Assembly: GCA_001002135.1 (NCBI GenBank)
Contig: LCLP01000001.1
Location: forward strand, 8,417-72,416
Length of the DNA: 64,000 bases
Direction of reading: 5' to 3'
Source of the DNA: Candidatus Pacebacteria bacterium GW2011_GWA1_46_10
GTDB taxonomy: Bacteria > Patescibacteriota > Microgenomatia > UBA1400 > PJMF01
The notes below the pieces were generated by a model. It saw only the letters and a list, made by a program, of their open reading frames with translations, searched no databases and was not told the DNA's origin. The position numbers and the translations under genes were made by a program. Each line of letters opens with the position of its first letter. Positions within the stretch are counted from its first letter, which is position 1. Shown one piece after another: positions 46,463 to 55,602 of the stretch.

Positions 46463-47645
46463 TTTGTTGATACTTGGTTAAAAATTGTTGATTCCCTTTT
46501 TCACGATGATGGTGAGCAACATAGGTTAATCCCGACCGGCGAAGCTTTTTTTGTAAAGCGGTTGATTGGAGTACGCGAATGACCGCTCGAGCAAATTTAT
46601 CCGGCTGATCAACAATTAAACACTCTTGGTTATGGCGAACTGCGAGGCCTTCCACGCCCAAGTTGGTGGTAACTATAGGTAGGCTTGCAGACAAAGCAGT
46701 TAAACTTTTTAACCGCAGTCCGCCGCCCATGCGAAAAGGAAGGACAAAAACATCTGCTCGAGCAAGGAATGGTTCGAGATCAGCTTGATAACCATGTAGA
46801 AAAACATTTTTCTTCTTGGATAAAGTTTTTTCAAAAGGCGGGTGTGAGCGACCGACAACGTGAAACTCAACACCAGGGATCTTCTTTTCTATCGTGGGTA
46901 GCATTTTATTGATAAACCATCCCACCGCGTCTTCGTTGGGCGGCCAGCCGAGAGTGCCGACAAAGAGAATGGTAGGATTTTTAGAGCGCTTTTTCTTAAT
47001 TGGCCGCGCTGGATAAACCAGCGGCTGAGCCGCCACATGTTTCACTCCAAAGATTTTTTCCAACCGTTTTTTTTCTGGCTCAGAAATAGCAAAGACAAAA
47101 TCAAACTTAGGCAGGGTTTTTCTTTCATAAAGGTAAGTCAGCACCATTTCGATCAGTAAATACAACTTGCGCGTTGGTTTGGTCGTACTCACAAATCTGG
47201 TCCAGTAAAGATAAGTTTCCACGTTGTGATGCTCTAAAATCCATTTTTCTTTTTTAATCTCCGGCAAGTATTGGGCCGTGTTCAGGTGGTCAACGTGAAT
47301 GATAGCTGGTTGAAACTCTTTTATTTTTCTTTGAATAAAAGCGCTGGCGGGAGGATGGGTGTATTGGAAAACGTAATGTGGAATGCCGCGCAGAAAGTGG
47401 CTGAATAAATTCAAAAGATCATCTTTCACGGAAGCAAGAATGGTAGAACTATAGAAAACTTTCAGTTTGATACCGGCGTCGGTTAGAACTTTTATATCTT
47501 TGTCAGCCGGTTTTTCCTCGGAGATGAAAACAGCAAAAACTTGGTATTTTTTCGCCAACGTCAAAACAGTGTTGAGGGTTTTTATTTTTCCGCCCGAATC
47601 AGGTGGAGAAGGGAATAGCTGGCTCAGATACAGCATTTTTTTCAT
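46452..47645 (-). CDS. family 4 glycosyltransferase (GT-B)
   Basis: 'KNVFLHGYQADLEPFLARADVFVLPFRMGGGLRLKSLTALSASLPIVTTNLGVEGL' is the classic GT4 C-terminal motif. Confidence 0.85.
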   Translation of the reverse strand: MKKMLYLSQLFPSPPDSGGKIKTLNTVLTLAKKYQVFAVFISEEKPADKDIKVLTDAGIKLKVFYSSTILASVKDDLLNLFSHFLRGIPHYVFQYTHPPASAFIQRKIKEFQPAIIHVDHLNTAQYLPEIKKEKWILEHHNVETYLYWTRFVSTTKPTRKLYLLIEMVLTYLYERKTLPKFDFVFAISEPEKKRLEKIFGVKHVAAQPLVYPARPIKKKRSKNPTILFVGTLGWPPNEDAVGWFINKMLPTIEKKIPGVEFHVVGRSHPPFEKTLSKKKNVFLHGYQADLEPFLARADVFVLPFRMGGGLRLKSLTALSASLPIVTTNLGVEGLAVRHNQECLIVDQPDKFARAVIRVLQSTALQKKLRRSGLTYVAHHHREKGNQQFLTKYQQITR

Positions 47646-48403
47646 TGTTTTTTGAGTAGATCACCAATAAGTTGTTTGATAATAAGCAAGCTAAAAAGGG
47701 TGTTAAATAAAAAATACCGTTTTGCCAATCGTTTTGGTTCTTGGGCAAATCTAAATAACCATTCCAAGCCGATCGATTGCAACCAGGATGGAGCCTGTCT
47801 GACCTTGCCGGTCATAAAGTCGAAGGCGGCACCAACACCGATCGCCACGGCCTGTTTGAGCTTCGGTGCGGCTTTCATCATCCACTGTTCTTGGAAAGGA
47901 CAACCCAGGCCGACAAAGACTATTTTTGCTTGTGAAGTGTTGATTTGTTTGATGATGTGTCGATTTTTTTCGTCAGGAATTGGCCTGATTGGTGTGTCTA
48001 ACTGGCCGACGATTTTTAGACTGGGAAATGTGTTTTGTAAGACTTGTTTGAGTTGCTGGCTTTGACCTTTAGCCCCACCGAGTAGAAATATTGGCCAGCG
48101 CTTTTGCACTGCTTTTTGACAAACCAGCTTCATTAGGTCAGGCCCGTAAACGCGTTCAACTGGTCGCTGACCATACAGTTTCAAAAGCCACGCAAGCGGC
48201 ATGCCATCGGGAGTGACTAACCCTGCTTGGTTAACTCCCTTAAGTAGTTGGAGGTCAGCCTGACACTCCATGATTAAGTGAACAGCTGCCACACACACGT
48301 AGTGTGGTTGACGGTTTTTAACCCATGAGGAGATGGTTTTGATGGTCAGTGAATACGTAAGGACAGAGACGTTTACCCCGAGAATATTAGTGGCTTTGTT
48401 CAT
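47642..48403 (-). CDS. tagA: WecB/TagA/CpsF family glycosyltransferase (GT26; N-acetylmannosaminyltransferase-like)
   Basis: 'ILGVNVSVLTYSLTI...PHYVCVAAVHLIMECQ...LVTPDGMPLAWLLKLYG...IFLLGGAKG...IVFVGLGCPFQEQWM' follows the TagA/WecG pattern. Confidence 0.8.
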   Translation of the reverse strand: MNKATNILGVNVSVLTYSLTIKTISSWVKNRQPHYVCVAAVHLIMECQADLQLLKGVNQAGLVTPDGMPLAWLLKLYGQRPVERVYGPDLMKLVCQKAVQKRWPIFLLGGAKGQSQQLKQVLQNTFPSLKIVGQLDTPIRPIPDEKNRHIIKQINTSQAKIVFVGLGCPFQEQWMMKAAPKLKQAVAIGVGAAFDFMTGKVRQAPSWLQSIGLEWLFRFAQEPKRLAKRYFLFNTLFSLLIIKQLIGDLLKKQ

Positions 48404-49424
48404 ATTCGATGATCTCGTCGATAATTTGATTAAGCGACTTAGTAATACGCCATTTTGGATAGGCTTTTTTAAATTTCGCTAAATTAGTGGTATAGCAGAT
48501 GTGGTCGCCAGTACGATGTTTAGGTGTGTAAGTGATTTTTGGCTTGATAGCCAGTTTTTTGGAAACGGTTTCGATCAACTCCAAAATTGAGGCATTGTTT
48601 TTGGTGCCCCCACCCAAGTTAAAAACGGTTCCTTGTGGTGGTTTTTTAATGATCTCATGTATAGCAGTAGCCACGTCGTAGGCGTCAATTTGATCACGTA
48701 CTTGTTTCCCTTTATAACCAATGATTTGATAACTGTTGGTGTGAACTAAAGATTTAATCAGGTAAGACAGAAAACCGTGTAACTTAACTGAGTGGTGGGC
48801 TACACCAGTGACACAACCGAGGCGCAGACAGGTGGTTTTTAGGCCAAAGTACCGGCCGTATTCTTGGACGTAAAGATCGGCTGCAGCTTTGCTGGCGCCC
48901 ATCAGTGAGTGGAGGTTTTGGTCGATGGACATGGTTTCATCTATGCCTTGAAAATGTTGATCGGCAAACCTGTAGCGTTTGGCTAGTTCCTTGAGTGGGA
49001 GGCGATTAGGATTGTCACCATAAACTTTATTGGTACTGGTAAAAATGAAAGTAGCCCCAGGACTGAAGTTTCGAACCGCCTCAAGTAAAGTGAGGGTGCC
49101 CTCAGTATTTATTTCAAAATCTAAGCGAGGAATTTCAGCGGCTTTGTCATGACTTGGTTGACCAGCACAGTGAATAACAGCGTCAAATTTTTCCTTTTTA
49201 AACAACGCGTTTATTTTTTTAACCTCTCTGATGTCTACATCAAAGTGAGTGTAATGAGGAAACTTTTGCAATGATTTTTTGGTTGAAGAGGTCGTGGCTT
49301 TTTTACCAAAAAAACTTGAGCGCATATTGTTATCAATGCCGAAGACTCGGTGCTTTTTCTCGAGGAAATACCGAGTTGCTGTGGAGCCGATCAGGCCAGT
49401 GGAGCCGGTAATACAAATTTTCAT
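48387..49424 (-). CDS. NAD-dependent nucleotide-sugar epimerase/dehydratase (SDR family)
   Basis: Rossmann 'MKICITGSTGLIGSTATRYF' (GxxGxxG). A YxxxK region near 'YGRYFGLKTT' is plausible. 345 aa. Confidence 0.8.
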   Translation of the reverse strand: MKICITGSTGLIGSTATRYFLEKKHRVFGIDNNMRSSFFGKKATTSSTKKSLQKFPHYTHFDVDIREVKKINALFKKEKFDAVIHCAGQPSHDKAAEIPRLDFEINTEGTLTLLEAVRNFSPGATFIFTSTNKVYGDNPNRLPLKELAKRYRFADQHFQGIDETMSIDQNLHSLMGASKAAADLYVQEYGRYFGLKTTCLRLGCVTGVAHHSVKLHGFLSYLIKSLVHTNSYQIIGYKGKQVRDQIDAYDVATAIHEIIKKPPQGTVFNLGGGTKNNASILELIETVSKKLAIKPKITYTPKHRTGDHICYTTNLAKFKKAYPKWRITKSLNQIIDEIIEYEQSH

Positions 49425-49431
49425 ACTTTCT

Positions 49432-50583
49432 TTATGGCTGTTTTCGTTGTTTGAGCAATTGCCTATTAATCGTTGTCAAAAATTGTTGTCGAAAAATGTT
49501 TTCGGAGAACCGCTGAGCCTGTTTGGTGCAGGCGATAGTTGACCATGATTTCTGCTCAAACGTTTTAACTGCTCTGGTCAGAGATTTTAGCGAATATTTA
49601 TTAAACAACAAGCCTGTTTTACCATGACTGACTGTCTCCCTGACACCGCCAGAAGCATAAGCAATCACTGGCACACCATAACTCATTGCTTCAACTGGCA
49701 CTAGACCAAAGTCTTCTTCGACCGCGCCGTAAACCAGGGCTTTAGTATCTTTGTATATTTTGCTGATGTTTTTGTCGGTGAGAAAACCCTTGAAGATGAT
49801 GTGGGACTGAGCGAGTTTTTGAAGTCGTTTTTTTTCTGAGCCTTCACCAACAACTACGAGCGGTTTTTTCAACTGGTTAAAGGCCCTGATAACTAATTCC
49901 GCTCCTTTTTGCTTGACCAACCTGGAATGAAAAAGATAGTATTTTGGACTAACAGTACGCTTGACGGTTTTGTTTTTAGGCAATATTACTGGAGGATAGA
50001 TGACTTGACTTGCCCGCTGGTAGTATTTGGCGATTCTTTGTTGGGTGGTTTTGGAGTTAGTGATTAGGATGTCTGGGCGTTGGGCGGCTTGATAGTCAAT
50101 TTTTCTCAACGCTGTCAAAAAACCAGCAAATAGCCATTTAAAAAGTGGCTTTTTTAGCCAACTCATTTCGTTGAATTCTTGGTAAAGGTAGCGCGGTGGA
50201 GTATGAATATAGGCTATGTGTAGGGTTGGTTGCTGAGTTTTCACTGATTTGGCTGAGAATGAGTGAGATGAAGAAATAACTAAATTGTACTGACTTAAGT
50301 TAAGTTGACGCCAATACCATAAAATAAACGGCTTAATAAAACTGACGTATTTTTCCGGCCATACAACTAGGTTGAAAATCGAGGTGAAAACGCGATGTTT
50401 TTGGCGCAGTTTCTTTAAATATGGCTTCCTGATTAAGGGAATGTAAACATCAGCTTGCGGAAAGAGGGTGAGCAAACTGAGCAAAACTCGTTCTGCCCCA
50501 CCTTGGTAAAGATAACTGTCGTGAACAATGGCCACCGACATTTTTTTTAACTGGTGTTGTTTTGAGAGTTTAGCTTGCCTCAT
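49432..50583 (-). CDS. family 4 glycosyltransferase (GT-B)
   Basis: 'GGAERVLLSLLTLFP' at the N-terminus and 'EDFGLVPVEAMSYGVPVIAYASGGVRETV' at the C-terminus. Confidence 0.85.
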   Translation of the reverse strand: MRQAKLSKQHQLKKMSVAIVHDSYLYQGGAERVLLSLLTLFPQADVYIPLIRKPYLKKLRQKHRVFTSIFNLVVWPEKYVSFIKPFILWYWRQLNLSQYNLVISSSHSFSAKSVKTQQPTLHIAYIHTPPRYLYQEFNEMSWLKKPLFKWLFAGFLTALRKIDYQAAQRPDILITNSKTTQQRIAKYYQRASQVIYPPVILPKNKTVKRTVSPKYYLFHSRLVKQKGAELVIRAFNQLKKPLVVVGEGSEKKRLQKLAQSHIIFKGFLTDKNISKIYKDTKALVYGAVEEDFGLVPVEAMSYGVPVIAYASGGVRETVSHGKTGLLFNKYSLKSLTRAVKTFEQKSWSTIACTKQAQRFSENIFRQQFLTTINRQLLKQRKQP

Positions 50584-53247
50584 AATCCAAACTTGGTTGT
50601 CTACGACAGCGTACGTAATATGATACCTTCTTTTATAATCACTCCGTCGATCTTTTCGGTTTTTTTGATTCTTATTTTGTTGCTGGGCGATTCCTTTTTA
50701 CGTTGGTACTTGATTGGTTTTTTGGCCCTTTTTTTTCTGTTAGCCAGGAAAAATCTTGACTTTAGCTGGGTCAAATATCAGCAGCGACCACTTTTTTTGT
50801 GGGGAATTTTTTTGGGGCTAGCTATAGTTTCTGCGTTTTTTACCCACAACGTGCCGCTCAGTTTAGAGTCGCTGGCGTATTATGGGTTTGCATTTCTGGT
50901 GTTTGTGACAGCTTTGTCGGTGCCGTTGACCAAATCTGTTAAAGAACAACTGTCTTTTTTTGTGGTGTTTATCGGATTCACGCTGTCGTTATTAAGTTTA
51001 TTACTGCTGTTTAACCGTAGTTTGGCCGCTTCTTTGCCGGGGATGAATTTACTGTACCCCACGTACGGCCACAATCATTTAGCGGCTTTTTTGTTACTGG
51101 TTTTACCATTGGGGTGGCGACTGGTGTTGTTTTCGCGACCGCAAGGACAGCGATCTTTGTTTGCAGTGGCTGTTATTACTACTGTTGTTGTGACACTAGC
51201 GTTGCTTTTGAGCTTCGGCCGCACGGCGCTTTTTTTAGGTATTTTGGAGTTAACGATTATCTGGTTTTTTGCTTGGCGCTTCCGTTCCAAGGAGAATGTT
51301 CGAGGTCTTTTGTTTAGGGTAGGGTTACCACTAGTGGTGTTGGCCTTTTTATTTGTTTTTGGCGCCAAGATGTATTTTTCGTATCGGTCGGTTGTCGATA
51401 GTAATTTTATTTGTCCGGTGCCCAGTTGGGCAACTCACAAACTGTGTAAACCGTTTGATACTGAGCTTCGGCTGCTTTATTTTGGTCAGGCGATCAGCGC
51501 GATGAAGGAGTACCCCTTTAATGGGTATGGTCCAGGTACTTTTCAACTTATTAACGAAAAATATCAACAACTGCCTTTTGTTGACACGGCGTATGCCCAT
51601 AATCACTTTCTTCAAACAGGAGCGGAAATGGGAATCGTGGCTGGGGCGATTTTCTTACTGTTGATACTGACTTTATACTGGCGAGCTTTTCAAGTTGTTT
51701 TTCTTAACCGATCGGCAAAGGAAAAAACTTTTAGTTTTAATAAGGCGCTGTATATCAGTGCCGCCGGCTCTTTTTTGAATGCTTGGTTGGATTTTGACTG
51801 GAATTACATTGGTATTTTTACCTTGACGCTTTTTTACCTGGGATTGATTTTGCGTCAGACAAGTACATTCAAAAGAACCAATTGGCGGTTTTATTTTCCG
51901 GTGTCGTTCGTTTCAAAAATGATTGCTTTGGGGTTGTTTACACTAGCAGGGCTTTATATATTCGTTGAATTTTTGACGAGAACTGGTCGGGTGAGGGCAG
52001 CTTTCGACGTTTTCCCGTATTTCAAGGAGCATTTGAAGGTTTTTGAAGCAGAAAGGAAGTCTTTTTCTCCGTCCCAACAGCAGCAATTTTTGTCGTTGTA
52101 TAGGTATCGTCCTACTGCTTACTTTTTTGTTGAGAAACTGCCTGTGGAAGCAGTTTTTGCCGAGGCGAGAGAAGAAATATTTCGCCTTAATCCTTGGCAA
52201 AATCTCTCCTCAAAAGACATTGACTGGTATTTGGAGCATGGTGACTATCAAGCTGCCGATCAAAATTTGACGGCATTAATTGACCGAGTGGAACACGCTG
52301 AGCAGTACTATGATTACCGGCTTGGATTTACCAGAAAAATGGTATTAGTAAATCAGCGGCTTACTCTAGCTGATTATTACCTCCAAATTGGCAACCCACA
52401 AAAAGGCGCGCAGTACTATTTATGGGCGCGCAGTACAGAGCCCTGGATTTTTGACCACCGTTTACCGCCGGTAAATGATCAGTCCAAGGCTGATTTAATA
52501 GAGTTTTTATTGGTGGTTGATCCGTTGGAACCGCAGTGGTGGGGAAGACATTATCAAAACTTAGTCGGTTGGTATTTTCAGGTTTTTTCGTCTGCTGTAA
52601 AGAGTGGCGATGAAGAACAAATGCAATTTTGGTTTGAACTAATCGATGAAAAGTTCACTAATCTAACACTCAGACTGTGGGAGATGGGGAGTGAGTGGTT
52701 GGCTGATTCAGTGCAAACTGCTGTAGGAACCCAAGATCAAGCGTTGGCCAAGCAAAAAGTTGACCAATGGTTTAAGCTCTGGGAACTTTATAGAGGAAGA
52801 GTTAAGGATAATACTCAACTTAATCAAGCCGAAACTCAGTTGGCGGAAGAGTTAGTGAGAGTAAGTGGGTCAGCTCTCTCTCCATCTTTAGAGCAGAGTC
52901 TGCAAGCGGCTGCTGATGAATACTTGGCTGTAAAAGACGTGGACTTCGCGGAGAAGTCACTGACTCTTTTGGCTCAGCGGCCTGGCGAGAACTACTGGTG
53001 GAAAGCACAGCTTGGTCATTTTTACGTTTTTCTGGCTGATCAAGCTCACACGGCTGATGAAAAAACTCAATGGCGAGTTAAAGCGGTTAAAGCCTTTGAT
53101 GATTGTTTAGCGGCTTTCCGTGGCGATCATGATGACTGTGCTGGTGGTAAAGCTGACCTACAAGCGGGTACACCATTTGTGGGACGCTATACTCAAGTCA
53201 GTCAAATCATTCAGGGAAAAAAGCGCTGGCAGGATTTTAGCGATTGA
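50575..53247 (+). CDS. O-antigen ligase (Wzy_C) domain membrane protein fused to a large C-terminal helical, TPR-like extracytoplasmic domain
   Basis: About 12 TM N-terminal half containing 'YAHNHFLQTGAEMGIVAGAIFLL' (O-antigen ligase family H-N...E-G motif). The C-terminal 450 aa is helical-repeat rich. 890 aa. Confidence 0.6.
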   Translation: MPHNPNLVVYDSVRNMIPSFIITPSIFSVFLILILLLGDSFLRWYLIGFLALFFLLARKNLDFSWVKYQQRPLFLWGIFLGLAIVSAFFTHNVPLSLESLAYYGFAFLVFVTALSVPLTKSVKEQLSFFVVFIGFTLSLLSLLLLFNRSLAASLPGMNLLYPTYGHNHLAAFLLLVLPLGWRLVLFSRPQGQRSLFAVAVITTVVVTLALLLSFGRTALFLGILELTIIWFFAWRFRSKENVRGLLFRVGLPLVVLAFLFVFGAKMYFSYRSVVDSNFICPVPSWATHKLCKPFDTELRLLYFGQAISAMKEYPFNGYGPGTFQLINEKYQQLPFVDTAYAHNHFLQTGAEMGIVAGAIFLLLILTLYWRAFQVVFLNRSAKEKTFSFNKALYISAAGSFLNAWLDFDWNYIGIFTLTLFYLGLILRQTSTFKRTNWRFYFPVSFVSKMIALGLFTLAGLYIFVEFLTRTGRVRAAFDVFPYFKEHLKVFEAERKSFSPSQQQQFLSLYRYRPTAYFFVEKLPVEAVFAEAREEIFRLNPWQNLSSKDIDWYLEHGDYQAADQNLTALIDRVEHAEQYYDYRLGFTRKMVLVNQRLTLADYYLQIGNPQKGAQYYLWARSTEPWIFDHRLPPVNDQSKADLIEFLLVVDPLEPQWWGRHYQNLVGWYFQVFSSAVKSGDEEQMQFWFELIDEKFTNLTLRLWEMGSEWLADSVQTAVGTQDQALAKQKVDQWFKLWELYRGRVKDNTQLNQAETQLAEELVRVSGSALSPSLEQSLQAAADEYLAVKDVDFAEKSLTLLAQRPGENYWWKAQLGHFYVFLADQAHTADEKTQWRVKAVKAFDDCLAAFRGDHDDCAGGKADLQAGTPFVGRYTQVSQIIQGKKRWQDFSD

Positions 53248-53875
53248 AGAAAGAAAGTAAAATTGCTTTTATTGAAAGCAGGATTTGTTTTAGATCTTCT
53301 CCGACACCGCCTTTGACCACTGTGGCTTCTTCTAATTCTTGCCAGCGTTTTAACGTATGATGTTTTTCTTTGGAAAATGCCCACTGTGAAAACACTCCTG
53401 GTTTCACTTGTTCCCGCCACGCCCGCCACGCTGGCGGTAAACCTTCGGCCTCAGGGACCGGCAGCGGCCGGGGTCCCACGAAACTCATCTCTCCTTTGAG
53501 AATATTCCATAACTGCGGTAACTCATCCAGGCCGGTGCGAGCCAACCACTTGCCGATCCCGACAAATCGAGGATCGTTGTGGATCTTAAACATCGGTGCC
53601 GGCGCTTCGTTGAGGTGCTGATATTTACGTTTGAGCATGGCGGCATTTTTAGTCATGGTGCGTAGCTTAAGTAGGGTAAAAACTTTACCGTTTTGACCAG
53701 TGCGGCGTTGTTTAAAAAGAATTGGTCGACCAGTAGTAATAAAAATAATCAGGTTGAGAATGAATAAAACGGGACTTAGTAAAACCAGCAGCAAGAGTGC
53801 AGTTGCAAAATCGAAAGTTCTTTTTTGGGGAGAAAAGTAATAGGGGTGTATCTGCATAAAGAATGAGTATAACAA
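53237..53875 (-). CDS. polyprenyl-phosphate sugar phosphotransferase (small PglC/WbaP-C-terminal-type bacterial sugar transferase)
   Basis: 'KRTFDFATALLLLVLLSPVLFIL...GRPILFKQRRTGQNGKVFTLLKLRTM...FKIHNDPRF...LDELPQLWNILKGEMSFVGPRP'. Confidence 0.85.
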   Translation of the reverse strand: MLYSFFMQIHPYYFSPQKRTFDFATALLLLVLLSPVLFILNLIIFITTGRPILFKQRRTGQNGKVFTLLKLRTMTKNAAMLKRKYQHLNEAPAPMFKIHNDPRFVGIGKWLARTGLDELPQLWNILKGEMSFVGPRPLPVPEAEGLPPAWRAWREQVKPGVFSQWAFSKEKHHTLKRWQELEEATVVKGGVGEDLKQILLSIKAILLSFFNR

Positions 53876-53930
53876 AAGACTCGGGTATGATATACTTCAC
53901 GGATTCTGAAAGAAAGGGGACGCATGCCAT

Positions 53931-55313
53931 ATGGCTACTCAAAAGAAAGGGGCTACTAAAAAATCAACTGCTCAAGTGAAGAAAACAGCATCGTCTGTTG
54001 CGAAGCCAAAAACTCCCGCCAAAACGAAGTCTCCTACCAAAACAAAATCCCCCGCGAAAGTAAAATCCACTCCGAAAAAGACTGACTTGAAAGCGACTGT
54101 TGTTGAGCCAGTCGAGGTTGTAGAGCCAGCCAAACCGGTTAAAGCTGCTGAAACGGCTGGTCAGCCAACCAAAGCGACTCCTAAAGCCGCCGGCAAGTCA
54201 GGTAAAAAACCCCAAACCATGGACGAACTACTGGCTCAATCCAATTACAGTTTGGTCGTGCCGCAAAAAGGTGAGGTTTTAAAGGGCAAAATCACCGCGA
54301 AAAATAAAAAAGTGTTACTGGTTGACCTTGGCGCCAAAACTGAGGGAGTGGTGAGCGATAAAGAGTACGACTTTGCCTCTGAGTTTATCAAAGACCTCAA
54401 AGTTGGTGATGAAATCAGCGCTTTGATTGTTAATCCTGAGAACGACCGCGGCCAAGTAGTGTTATCACTCAGAAGCGCTGCGTCTGATGCCAAGTGGGAA
54501 TACTTTGAGCAGGCCATGGAAAGTGATGAAACACTGGAAGCCAAAGGAGTGGAAGTGAATCGCGGCGGTTTGATCGTCGTGGTCAATGGAGTCAGGGGCT
54601 TTGTGCCTTCTAGCCAATTCGGCCGTGAGTTTGTTGGCAAAATTAATCAACTGCAGGGTGAAACCATTCAAGTGAAAGTGATCGAGGTGGATCGCGAGAA
54701 AAACCGCTTGATTTTCTCGGAGCGTCACGTCAGCGAGGCCAAAGAGTTGGCTCAAAAAGATGAGGCTTTGAAAAAAGTAGTCGATGGCCAAGTTTATGAG
54801 GGAGTAGTGTCTGGGGTGATGCACTTTGGTCTGTTTGTCACGGTCGAGGTGCCGGTGGATGATCAAAAAGATAAAGATGACAAACCAAAGAACATTGGCT
54901 ACGTTGAGGGTCTGGTTCACATCTCGGAAATCAGTTGGGAAAAAGTCAATCACCCCAAAGATTACCACAACGTTGGTGACCGAATTAAGGTTAAAGTCTT
55001 GGGTATTGATGAACGCACTAACAAATTGAACTTGTCGATCAAACAACTAGTGGATGACCCCTGGATCACGATCGGCGAGAAATATCCGGCTGGCACTACC
55101 TTTACCGGCAAAGTAACTCGAGTTGAGTCGTTTGGAGTGTTTGTCAATGTTGAGCCTGGAGTCGATGGTTTGATTCACTCCAGCAAACTGGATCAGAGTA
55201 AAGAGCTTACAGTGGGTGACGAAGTGACGGTCAACGTGGAGAATGTTGTCCCACAACAGCGCCGGATGAGTTTGAGCGTGGTTTTAACTGAAGTCCCGAT
55301 GGGTTACAAATAA
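53931..55313 (+). CDS. rpsA: 30S ribosomal protein S1 (four S1 domains) with a Lys/Ala/Pro-rich N-terminal extension
   Basis: Repeated S1 OB-fold motifs ('GEVLKGKITAKNKKVLLVDLG', 'IQVKVIEVDREKNRLIFSER', 'GQVYEGVVSGVMHFGLFVTVE', 'GTTFTGKVTRVESFGVFVNV'). Confidence 0.8.
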   Translation: MATQKKGATKKSTAQVKKTASSVAKPKTPAKTKSPTKTKSPAKVKSTPKKTDLKATVVEPVEVVEPAKPVKAAETAGQPTKATPKAAGKSGKKPQTMDELLAQSNYSLVVPQKGEVLKGKITAKNKKVLLVDLGAKTEGVVSDKEYDFASEFIKDLKVGDEISALIVNPENDRGQVVLSLRSAASDAKWEYFEQAMESDETLEAKGVEVNRGGLIVVVNGVRGFVPSSQFGREFVGKINQLQGETIQVKVIEVDREKNRLIFSERHVSEAKELAQKDEALKKVVDGQVYEGVVSGVMHFGLFVTVEVPVDDQKDKDDKPKNIGYVEGLVHISEISWEKVNHPKDYHNVGDRIKVKVLGIDERTNKLNLSIKQLVDDPWITIGEKYPAGTTFTGKVTRVESFGVFVNVEPGVDGLIHSSKLDQSKELTVGDEVTVNVENVVPQQRRMSLSVVLTEVPMGYK

Positions 55314-55382
55314 AGGCCATAAGTAAAATAAAGCTTGATTCCTCAATCCCATTTAGTGTCTTTTCCATGATATAATAGGCTC

Positions 55383-55562
55383 ATGGCGAAGCAACGGATG
55401 ATCGTGACTGACGATCAATTACTGATCGACATGAACCTTTTGTTTAATGCAATTCGTGAGGCAGGCGGTGATTGGGAAAAAGTGGAGGCAGATATGAATG
55501 AATATCTGGCTTCTATCCAAGCAATGTCTGGCACGCACGAACAGAGCAAACCGAAGAAATAA
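55383..55562 (+). CDS. possible small ORF (59 aa), not in the supplied ORF track
   Basis: ATG...TAA open frame 'MAKQRMIVTDDQLLIDMNLLFNAIREAGGDWEKVEADMNEYLASIQAMSGTHEQSKPKK'. No RBS check done. Confidence 0.2.
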   Translation: MAKQRMIVTDDQLLIDMNLLFNAIREAGGDWEKVEADMNEYLASIQAMSGTHEQSKPKK

Positions 55563-55602
55563 ACGTAACAACGTTTTCTTTCAGCCTGCGTTAAGGAAAA
55601 TT

